From Terrisporobacter sp. (GTDB lineage: Bacteria; Bacillota; Clostridia; Peptostreptococcales; Peptostreptococcaceae): 24,000 nucleotides of DNA. Below the pieces are notes generated by a model. It saw nothing but the letters and a program-made list of their open reading frames with translations. It had not been told where the DNA came from and ran no database searches. Of the stretch, positions 1 to 7,400 are shown in pieces. The DNA is taken from the NCBI RefSeq assembly GCF_036550295.1, contig NZ_JAXKGQ010000011.1. One strand, given 5' to 3'. How positions within the stretch are numbered: the first letter of the stretch is position 1; every line of letters begins with the position of its first letter. Position numbers and translations under genes: made by a program.

Positions 1-218
1 TAATCCTTAATAACTTTGACACCATCTAGTTTAAATGTCATGGTTTCTTGGTCTAATATCATATTGTCTGAATCTACTTTATTAGATTTTTCTTTTTCTT
101 TCTCCACTTTCACTTTAGTATCGCTATCTTTTGATGTATCACTTGTATCGCTAGAACATCCCACCATTAAACTTCCTACTAATATACTAGCAGTTAATAT
201 ACTTAATACCTTTTTCAT
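1..218 (-). CDS. Putative lipoprotein, N-terminal part (gene runs off the left edge)
   Basis: Absent from the ORF track because there is no stop in the window. Minus-strand ATG at 218..216 is preceded by GGGGTGA (230..224). Translation is MKKVLSILTASILVGSLMVGCSSDTSDTSKDSDTKVKVEKEKEK..., i.e. a signal peptide with a lipobox-like LMVG|C followed by an S/D/T/K-rich linker. The frame stays open to position 1. The listed + ORF 16..222 is its antisense shadow. Confidence 0.6.
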   Translation of the reverse strand, partial: MKKVLSILTASILVGSLMVGCSSDTSDTSKDSDTKVKVEKEKEKSNKVDSDNMILDQETMTFKLDGVKVIKD

Positions 219-340
219 ATAAATCACCCCTTATATAAAAAGTATATCAGCAAAGTCGGTTTTTAGGAAATCATTTGCATAAAATCTCATAAACCATATA
301 CAAGATATTGGCTAACTTTGATAATTCTTGTAATTAACGC

Positions 341-496
341 CTAGTTTATATTAATAAGGTTTGTTCTTAATTTTTCTAGTAGAAATACTTCTACTTCTTT
401 GTTGTCCCTAGTTAGGTTGCTTCCATGTATGTAGTGGTAATTTAGTTCTTTTAGGTAGTCTATTACTACGTTTTCAAATAATTATTCTGTAAACAT
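341..496 (-). pseudogene. hsdR: Type I restriction enzyme R subunit (HsdR), N-terminal 52-codon stump with in-frame stop
   Basis: The minus-strand frame from ATG 496..494 (GGGAGAGAG upstream) reads MFTE*LFENVVIDYLKELNYHYIHGSNLTRDNKEVEVFLLEKLRTNLININ*. This matches the usual HsdR N-terminal pattern (E..vi..L..lgY.yi.G..l.rd..evlL...L...l..iN). There is a TAA at codon 5 and the frame ends at 341. The roughly 1000-aa helicase/nuclease body is absent. Confidence 0.55.
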
Positions 497-573
497 ATTT
501 CTCTCTCCCAGTATAGTTTGTATGTTGATTATACTTGGATTTCTATAAGAGTAAAAGTTACTTATTATTTCTT

Positions 574-602
574 ATGGACAAAAAATTTTTATTATTGTCC
601 AT
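574..602. promoter_or_regulatory. Perfect 8-bp inverted repeat (ATGGACAA-N13-TTGTCCAT), candidate operator abutting the -35 of the 649..1845 operon
   Basis: ATGGACAA at 574..581 and its exact reverse complement TTGTCCAT at 595..602. The A5T5 core between them is itself palindromic. The right arm overlaps the predicted -35 by 2 nt. Confidence 0.4.
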
Positions 603-644
603 TACATTTAATTATTTAATTGGTATAATTTTTTAAGGAGGTGA
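601..644 (+). promoter_or_regulatory. Sigma-A type promoter with extended -10, plus strong RBS, for the 649..1845 operon
   Basis: -35 ATTACA (601..606), 17-nt spacer, TGgTATAAT (621..629, extended -10 with consensus TATAAT). AAGGAGGTGA at 635..644 lies 4 nt before ATG 649. Confidence 0.55.
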
Positions 645-648
645 TTTT

Positions 649-1437
649 ATGGAATCAAAAAAATCTTTAAATAGTATTGCTAATTCAATTAGTGATGAAC
701 TTTTTTTAAATTCACCTGATGGAAAAGAAGTTATTAGCTACAAAACACTTATTAGAAATTTCGAAAAATTTATTGAAAAGAGTGGAGGAGATATAAAATC
801 TATGAAAGATTCTTCTGGGAAAATATTCTTTGAAGAGTCTGAATCTATATTTATTAAAGCTATTTTAAGAGAATCCATTGATAAAAACAGTTATATATAT
901 AAATTTTTAAAAGGAAAAGATGATGAAGTTTCATTCGATCAAATTAAAGAATTTATGGATAATATTCATGATTACATGCAAAATAAACTTCCACAAGAAG
1001 AATGTGATGCCTACATGGCATACATGGATCAAGCTTTGCAATATAGCGTAATCATGGAATTACATAATATATATAATATTATTGAATGTATAAATCTAAA
1101 TTTACAAAATTATATTTATACTTTTCAGCTAGAAAGTATGATAAATTTACGAAAAAAACTAGAACAAGAATTTGTCAGAACTACTGCAAATTCTATTTTA
1201 AACATGGAAGAATTTTGTGAATTTGTAAGTCAAACTAGTGAAATTTTTGATGGAGATGCATCACAACTTTTGAACTATGATGATTTTGATTTGCTAACTC
1301 AAGTTGAATACTCTAATAGAGATAAAGATACACTAAAGTATATTAACTCAAACCCTTTAATAAAAAAGCATATTGAAGAAAAAATAGGTAAGAGCATTGA
1401 TGAAATATTCAAAGGCGTTATAAATAAAATTGATTAA
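649..1437 (+). CDS. Hypothetical protein, 262 aa, acidic and predicted helical, no recognisable family
   Basis: Long ORF with a near-perfect RBS and promoter. No motif I can assign by eye. First gene of a two-gene cassette. Confidence 0.75.
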   Translation: MESKKSLNSIANSISDELFLNSPDGKEVISYKTLIRNFEKFIEKSGGDIKSMKDSSGKIFFEESESIFIKAILRESIDKNSYIYKFLKGKDDEVSFDQIKEFMDNIHDYMQNKLPQEECDAYMAYMDQALQYSVIMELHNIYNIIECINLNLQNYIYTFQLESMINLRKKLEQEFVRTTANSILNMEEFCEFVSQTSEIFDGDASQLLNYDDFDLLTQVEYSNRDKDTLKYINSNPLIKKHIEEKIGKSIDEIFKGVINKID

Positions 1438-1449
1438 TAATTATTATAT

Positions 1450-1845
1450 ATGAAAGGATGTGCTATTATGGGTATGTATAAAGGTAGAATCACTAAAATA
1501 GAAAAAGAGGAATTTACATCCTGTTTATTAACACAAAAAGTTAAAAGTAATAATCAACCATATTATGATAATTCTCCAAAATATAATGGAAGTAATGGTA
1601 CTTATACAAGTAACTATCACACAGATTATTATGTTTATTTACATTTGACAATTTATGGAGAAACATCACAAGATAATCAAAGGGTTAAAATGGATATTAG
1701 AGATGATATCTTAAGAGTAAATAACTTGAAACGTATCTCTAGTAAAAAAATGCAACAAATTATAAATGACAATGTAGGTAGAAAAGTAACTTTTGATATT
1801 ATAAATAGACACATAATTTTCGATCCTAATATGCTAAAACTTTAA
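1450..1845 (+). CDS. Hypothetical protein, 131 aa as listed (about 125 aa if it starts at ATG 1468), basic, no recognisable family
   Basis: ORF begins 12-30 nt after the upstream stop, implying an operon. AAAGGA at 1453..1458 is better spaced for the in-frame ATG at 1468 (MGMYKGRITK...) than for 1450. Followed by a hairpin terminator. Confidence 0.7.
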   Translation: MKGCAIMGMYKGRITKIEKEEFTSCLLTQKVKSNNQPYYDNSPKYNGSNGTYTSNYHTDYYVYLHLTIYGETSQDNQRVKMDIRDDILRVNNLKRISSKKMQQIINDNVGRKVTFDIINRHIIFDPNMLKL

Positions 1846-1984
1846 TTATCGATAAAAATGGAAGTAAGTATTATTTTCTTATGAATTAATTTCAAAAATT
1901 ATCCAATTGGATATGAAGGGATATATTTGGATTAGCTATGTGTATTCCTATTTTATAAGATTTTCATAATTTTTAATTTATAAT

Positions 1985-2025
1985 AAAAAATGGTACTATT
2001 TATATTAATAATAGGTACCATTTTT
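1985..2025. terminator. Bidirectional rho-independent terminator shared by the convergent genes 1450..1845(+) and 2050..3990(-)
   Basis: AAAAAATGGTACTATT (1985..2000) pairs with AATAGGTACCATTTTT (2010..2025) with one bulged G. An A-tract on one side and a T-tract on the other give a U-tail on both strands. Confidence 0.6.
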
Positions 2026-2049
2026 CTACAGATTTAAGCTAGTACTTTA

Positions 2050-3990
2050 CTAGCTTTTTCTTTTACTTATTTCATCATTAAGGCATACTTCATCATTAAC
2101 CTTAATTATAATTAATATAACTAGCCTTAAAAATATCATATAATTAGATTCATGTGTTTTTTCATCTTCATCTCCATTCGGCTGAGTTCCATGACTATAA
2201 TTATTTCTTAAATTTAAACCATTGTTAAAACTAGCTCTATTCAAGTAATAATTAAAATAATCACATTCCGGCTTTGAAAACAAGGAACTCTCAAAGTTAA
2301 TTATATTTTTTAACTCCATTATATCAATAGTTTCTCGCATTTCAGATGGGTACTTCCAATAACTAATAAATTCATTGTTACATAAATCATTTAATATATA
2401 GATTTTCTTATCATCATATATTTCAATATATCCTTCATTATCTATTCTTATATAATGATTATTTATAAGCCAATTAAGGTCATTTTGTAAATATTCACGA
2501 TAATCATTGATATTTACTTTCTCATTTCTTAATAATTCATAAAAATTTTTATATCTATCTTCAACTTTCTCTATATAAGATAACATGCACTGGTCTGAGA
2601 AGAAATAGTAGGTAGCAAGTTTAAACTCATCTCCATATCCATATACATATTTTTTATTTAATAAGCTTGGTATATCTTTAAAAAATAGATGATTAGATGA
2701 CATCTGTAATAATTCTTGGTCTATATCGCCATCATTTACATACATAGAGAATTGTTTTAAAATAGATTCCATTTGAGGTAGAATTGTTGTACACTTTTCT
2801 AAGTATAAAGAATTCTCAGAAGGCATTTTTATATTAAAACCTGATATACCGAACTCATTCACCAAATAATCTTTAAAAAACCATTCTATAACATCTTCTA
2901 GCCTTATATCTATCCTTTTAAGTTCCGCATAATATGCTGTTAATTGTAACCTTGATAATATATCTTTTCTATCAAATCCAGAACCTGTAACATATGCTTT
3001 TTTAGATCTCATTAGTATATTTTTTTCAAGTATTCCCATTTCTTGAATTTTGCTTATTAATGTTATTCTCATTTGCATATCTACAAATCTAAATATATAT
3101 ATAAAATTATTCAACAATGTATTGTAATCTTTATTTTCTTTAAGCCATTTCTGGCTATATATTACTTCACAATTATTCCCGGTAATATTTGTATCTATGA
3201 TTTCCTCTTGAGTTTCTGAAAAACCTACAATAGTTTCCATTGTAAATCCAGATTTAGATTCAAATATTTTATTAGTCTCTTCTTCAAGCTTTCTTTTTGC
3301 ATATAATCTAGTTTTATCAGATATACTTAATTCATTAGTACTATTTATATTTTTAATAATTCTTAAATAGTTAGGATTAGGATTGGGGCTATCAATATAA
3401 TTTCTTATAATTTCTTCTTTATCTGTTAAAGTAAGTTCTTGTGGTAAATAAATATTATCTATATTGTGATTATGATATACTTCATACTTATCTAATATCA
3501 ACTTTGCAGAAAAATTATTAGATAATAATTCTTCTCTAATAGTTTTTCCATAATAATTTACTATTTTTTTATATTTTAATAAATCATAAATACTATTTTC
3601 AGATTTATGTAAGATGTACTTAATCATATTAGGTGAAATTTTTTTGTAAATATTAAAGTCATTAAATAGTTCCCAAAAACTTGATTTGTAACATATTTCT
3701 ACTGACTCAAAAACTTTTTCAATATTTTTATCTGAAATACAACCTAAAAATTTACCTATTATACCCATATATAATTTAGAGGTTTGTCGAGACATAGATA
3801 TTTCTTCAGGAGACCAATAGTTTGGATATATTCCTTTTTCGATATATTTTCTAATATTATTTAATTCTATAATGTCATTAATATCATCATACTTTTTATT
3901 CTTATCAAAGCTTTTGATTACTCTTTCAATACTTTCTACATGATAACCAATTGGTAAATCATTAATTTCATAATATTGCACTCTTTCCAT
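2050..3990 (-). CDS. Large orphan protein (646 aa) with C-terminal Rx4H HEPN-like motif; candidate R-M-associated RNase/abortive-infection effector
   Basis: Uninterrupted 1941-nt ORF with RBS GGGAGTGA 3-6 nt before the ATG. It lies on the same strand and immediately downstream of hsdM-hsdS. The C-terminus reads ...LFSKPECDYFNYYLNRASFNNGLNLRNNYSHG... (R595 at 2206..2208, H600 at 2191..2193), followed by the hydrophobic helix YMIFLRLVILIIIKV. No P-loop (GxxxxGK[ST]) is visible anywhere. Coding status is confident; function is inferred. Confidence 0.85.
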   Translation of the reverse strand: MERVQYYEINDLPIGYHVESIERVIKSFDKNKKYDDINDIIELNNIRKYIEKGIYPNYWSPEEISMSRQTSKLYMGIIGKFLGCISDKNIEKVFESVEICYKSSFWELFNDFNIYKKISPNMIKYILHKSENSIYDLLKYKKIVNYYGKTIREELLSNNFSAKLILDKYEVYHNHNIDNIYLPQELTLTDKEEIIRNYIDSPNPNPNYLRIIKNINSTNELSISDKTRLYAKRKLEEETNKIFESKSGFTMETIVGFSETQEEIIDTNITGNNCEVIYSQKWLKENKDYNTLLNNFIYIFRFVDMQMRITLISKIQEMGILEKNILMRSKKAYVTGSGFDRKDILSRLQLTAYYAELKRIDIRLEDVIEWFFKDYLVNEFGISGFNIKMPSENSLYLEKCTTILPQMESILKQFSMYVNDGDIDQELLQMSSNHLFFKDIPSLLNKKYVYGYGDEFKLATYYFFSDQCMLSYIEKVEDRYKNFYELLRNEKVNINDYREYLQNDLNWLINNHYIRIDNEGYIEIYDDKKIYILNDLCNNEFISYWKYPSEMRETIDIMELKNIINFESSLFSKPECDYFNYYLNRASFNNGLNLRNNYSHGTQPNGDEDEKTHESNYMIFLRLVILIIIKVNDEVCLNDEISKRKS

Positions 3991-4049
3991 AATTCACTCC
4001 CTATAAAATAAACTATATATATTCTTTATATTTTATTTTCAAAATAGTA

Positions 4050-4076
4050 AGTTCTTGACATAAACTGTCAAGAACT
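4050..4076. promoter_or_regulatory. Perfect 11-bp palindrome (AGTTCTTGACA-taaac-TGTCAAGAACT) between hsdS and the 646-aa gene: an operator/promoter or the hsdS terminator
   Basis: The arms 4050..4060 and 4066..4076 are exact reverse complements. Each arm carries a consensus -35 hexamer TTGACA. On the minus strand TTGACA is followed after 16 nt by TACTAT, about 50 nt upstream of ATG 3990. As a terminator it would be weak: an AT-rich stem and an interrupted T-run. Confidence 0.45.
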
Positions 4077-4164
4077 GTTTAATTTAATATGTTATACTTA
4101 ATTATAAAATAATTCAATTTATACTAATTTATATAATTCTAACATAAAACAACCTTATATATCA

Positions 4165-5382
4165 TTATTTTATATTTATAGTTCCATTCATAAGTACAGG
4201 TAATAAAATACTTCTTATTTCTTCTAGTTTTTTATTTTCTTGTCGTATTTCATATATATATTCAAAAATATTTTTTGCTAATGAATTGAACTTAACAGTC
4301 ATATTTTTATCAGGTATTGGCAATTTTAATGAAGTTAGATTTTTTTGGTTTATTTTTGGTTGAACAGCTCCTGTTACTAAATGAGTAACATTAGTATTAC
4401 TTAAATATAAATAAACAAATTCATTGCTAAATTCATTTTTCCCTTTCAGTACATGTGCATGATTATTTACCCAAAACTTTCCTCCTACATATTGAAGTAT
4501 CGGAAATCCATCTTTATCTATAACAGTTCCATCTTCACCCATTAATACATGTATTCCTTCAAATATATAGTCATCAACATAATCCATTAATGATGCTGCA
4601 CCATAATAAGGGTATATATTTGCTCTTTTCTCTCTTTCTCGTTTAGATAATGGTATCCTTTTAGAATCTAATATTTCACTAATATCGCTAAAACTTCCTA
4701 CTTCCCATCCCTTAGGAATCATTCCAAGTTCACTTTCAACCATCTCTCCACCACTAGATTTATAAGGCTGACCATCTTCATTAGGAAACTCAAAATCAAC
4801 AAACCATCTTTTATAGATACTCTGAGCCATCTCCTCTAAAGTCTTATTCATCTCATTATTTAACTCTATTTTATCATCTAAAGAAGATAAAATATTAGCT
4901 ATTTTTTCTTGTTCCTCTAATGACGGTAATTTAATAACTAAATCTTTTATTATCTTTGTTGTTAAACTACCTCTAATACTATGTCCATCAGATAACTGAC
5001 GTAGTTCATCATATCTTCCCTTTAAGTTATAATATAGATATTTATTGTGTATTTTAGCATTATTTGTTCTAATAGCTATTAATGATTGATTAATATACGT
5101 ATCAATATTACAAAAAGAAGTTTGACCTCTTGTATAACCTTGTCCAGCCGAAGCTATAACTATATCACCTTTTTTAGCAAGTTTAGTTGACGAGTTATTA
5201 ACACCATCTAAAGTAATTGTTTTTTCAGTTGAATTTATAAAGTTATTTCTTGTCTCTCCAGATGATAACCAAGGAATACTTCCATTCCAATAGTTAGTAT
5301 TTTTTGTTGATGGCGTTCCACCACTAAAAATATTTTCACATATATCTCCTAAACTATACTATTTCCACTCACTACAACTCAT
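4165..5382 (-). pseudogene. hsdS: Type I R-M specificity subunit HsdS, full-length frame (406 codons) interrupted by an in-frame TAG at codon 8
   Basis: ATG at 5382..5380 overlaps the hsdM end (ggatATGagttgTAG), the typical coupled arrangement. The frame reads MSCSEWK*YSLGDICENIFSGGTPSTKNTNYWNGSIPWLSSGE...LPSLEEQEKIANILSSLDDKIELNNEMNKTLEEMAQSIYKRWFVDFEFP...LLPVLMNG. That covers TRD1, the central conserved region, TRD2 and the C-terminal conserved region. The TAG is at 5361..5359. No in-frame ATG/GTG/TTG occurs between it and ATG 4851, which starts the 228-aa track ORF covering only TRD2. Confidence 0.8.
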
Positions 5383-6865
5383 ATCCAATTCCTCCAAGTT
5401 GCTTTCTTATCTCATCTTCCAGCTCCCTTGACTTTGCAAACTGCTCAGATAAAGTCTTAGTAAGTCTTTCCATCTTCTCCTCAAAAGGCTCACCATCATC
5501 TTCAACATCCTCAATACCCACATATCTACCAGGAGTTAAAATATAATCATTATCCTTAATCTCATCCATATTAGCAACTTTACAGAATCCTTTTACATCT
5601 TCGTAATTTTCTTCCTTTTGCCAACTAATATAAGTATCAGAAATCTTTTTAATATCCTCCTCACTAAGCTCTCTCAGTCTTCTATTTACCATATCACCCA
5701 TTTTACGAGCATCTATAAATAAAGTCTGTCCTTTGTGTTTTTTATCTCTATTAAAGAACCAAATACAAACAGGAATACCTGTTGTATAGAATAACTTATC
5801 AGGAAGAGCTACTATACAATCCACTAAATCATTATTTAAAATAGTCTTTCTAATCTCACCCTCATTAGAAGTATTAGAAGACAGAGAACCATTAGCAAGA
5901 ACTACTCCAGCTTTCCCCTTTTGACTAAGTTTATCTAACATATGCTCTATCCAACCGTAGTTAGCATTACCAGCAGGAGGTGTTCCCCATTTCCATCTTG
6001 GATCATCTAATAATAATGGTTGTCCCCAGTCACTTTGGTTAAATGGAGGATTAGTTAGTATGAAATCAGCTTTTAAATTTTTATGTAAATCTTCATGGAA
6101 AGTATCGGCATTTTTACTTCCTAAGTTATTTTCTATTCCTCTTATAGCCATGTTCATTTTAGCCAGTTTCCAAGTAGTTGGATTTGACTCTTGACCATAT
6201 ACACTTATATCAAAGGCATTTCCACTATGTTCTTCTACGAATTTTAATGATTGAACAAACATACCACCACTTCCACAAGCAGGGTCGTATACATATCCTT
6301 TAAATGGCTCTATCATTTCTACCATTAGCTTAACTATTGATTTAGGTGTGTAGAACTCTCCTCCACCTTTACCTTCGTTAGCTGCAAATTTTCCTAAGAA
6401 GTACTCATAAACTCTTCCCAGTACATCTTTTTCTTTTCCTATACTACCACCCACATTTATATTAGTGAATAAGTCTATTATTTCACCCAATATTCTTTTA
6501 TCTAACTCTGGTCTAGAGTAATTTTTAGGAAGTACTCCTCTTAAAGAATCATTGTCTTTTTCTATTAAATCTAGGGCATTATCTACTATTTGTCCTATTT
6601 CTGCTTGTTTTGAGTGTTTTGCTATATAGTCCCAACGTGCATTTTCTGGCATCCAGAATACCCCTTCTGCCATATATGCATCTATATCTTCTGCAAAGTC
6701 CTCATCTTCTTCCATTAACTCTCTATGTTTTTCCATAAAAGTATCTGAAACATATTTTAAGAATATAAGTCCAAGTACAACGTGTTTATATTCTGCTGCA
6801 TCCATATTGTTTCTTAGTTTATCGGCACTTGCCCATAACTTTTCTTCAAATCCTATTGTTGCCAT
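5372..6865 (-). CDS. hsdM: Type I R-M DNA methyltransferase subunit HsdM (N6-adenine)
   Basis: 497 aa. Has the HsdM N-terminal domain (EEKLWASADKLRNNMDAAEYKHVVLGLIFLKYVSD), SAM motif I (VYDPACGSGGMF) and catalytic motif IV (LTNPPFN). RBS AAAGGAGAAAAATC precedes the ATG. Confidence 0.95.
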   Translation of the reverse strand: MATIGFEEKLWASADKLRNNMDAAEYKHVVLGLIFLKYVSDTFMEKHRELMEEDEDFAEDIDAYMAEGVFWMPENARWDYIAKHSKQAEIGQIVDNALDLIEKDNDSLRGVLPKNYSRPELDKRILGEIIDLFTNINVGGSIGKEKDVLGRVYEYFLGKFAANEGKGGGEFYTPKSIVKLMVEMIEPFKGYVYDPACGSGGMFVQSLKFVEEHSGNAFDISVYGQESNPTTWKLAKMNMAIRGIENNLGSKNADTFHEDLHKNLKADFILTNPPFNQSDWGQPLLLDDPRWKWGTPPAGNANYGWIEHMLDKLSQKGKAGVVLANGSLSSNTSNEGEIRKTILNNDLVDCIVALPDKLFYTTGIPVCIWFFNRDKKHKGQTLFIDARKMGDMVNRRLRELSEEDIKKISDTYISWQKEENYEDVKGFCKVANMDEIKDNDYILTPGRYVGIEDVEDDGEPFEEKMERLTKTLSEQFAKSRELEDEIRKQLGGIGYEL

Positions 6866-6896
6866 GATTTTTCTCCTTTTTCTTTTTATATGTTTT

Positions 6897-6905
6897 ATTA
6901 TATCA
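6897..6905 (-). promoter_or_regulatory. Candidate extended -10 (TGaTATAAT) for hsdM
   Basis: The minus strand reads ...acaTGaTATAATaaaac... about 30 nt upstream of the hsdM ATG. The -35 is poor (TCTTAT). AT-rich context makes false positives easy. Confidence 0.3.
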
Positions 6906-6912
6906 TGTATTT

Positions 6913-7400
6913 CTACAAAATAAGACCTGCTATATGAATATTATCCCAAATAGCAATCAAAACATCACTTATACACTCTTTTTCATAATTTCCAAGATGT
7001 AATTCACCATAATTTTTCCATTATATATACCAGCTTAATTTCTTTTCAGCAGAAACAAATTCTTCTCTACCATAGCCAATATCTACTTCTTTAAGTTTGG
7101 CTGGTGTATTCATAATATAGTCAATTACTGGAGCTATATTTTTGTGTTCCTTAGCTGAAATAGGGAACACTGGCACATTTGGTGCATTTGTTTCTAAGAA
7201 TTTTACATATTTATCTGTTTCTTCATCACTTAATAAATCTATTTTATTTAAAACTATGGCATCTGCTTCTTCTATTTGAGAATTAAGCAAGTATACCATT
7301 TCTTCTGGTAAGTTTATTTGCTCTTTTTGGATCAGTAATAACTATAAAAGGTGCTAAATCAAATTCCCCTTGATATTCTTTGTTTAATTTATGATTTACA
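6913..7400 (-). pseudogene. G3E-family P-loop GTPase (CobW/HypB/UreG-like), 5'-truncated fragment with a frameshift and an in-frame stop
   Basis: Track ORF 7021..7299 contains QIEEADAIVLNKIDLL (NKxD guanine-specificity motif). After its TAA (7023..7021) the same frame stays open for 35 more codons (WKNYGELHLGNYEKECISDVLIAIWDNIHIAGLIL*) down to 6913. Upstream, a different frame reads ...NKEYQGEFDLAPFIVITDPKRANKL, implying a frameshift near 7300..7330. No P-loop-encoding N-terminus is found, so the 5' limit is uncertain. Confidence 0.55.

Noticed and set aside
16-222. 68-aa + strand ORF from the track
   Set aside because: It lies exactly antisense to a much better minus-strand gene, which has an RBS, a signal peptide and a lipobox. 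It has no RBS, and its serine/leucine-rich sequence is typical of an antisense shadow.
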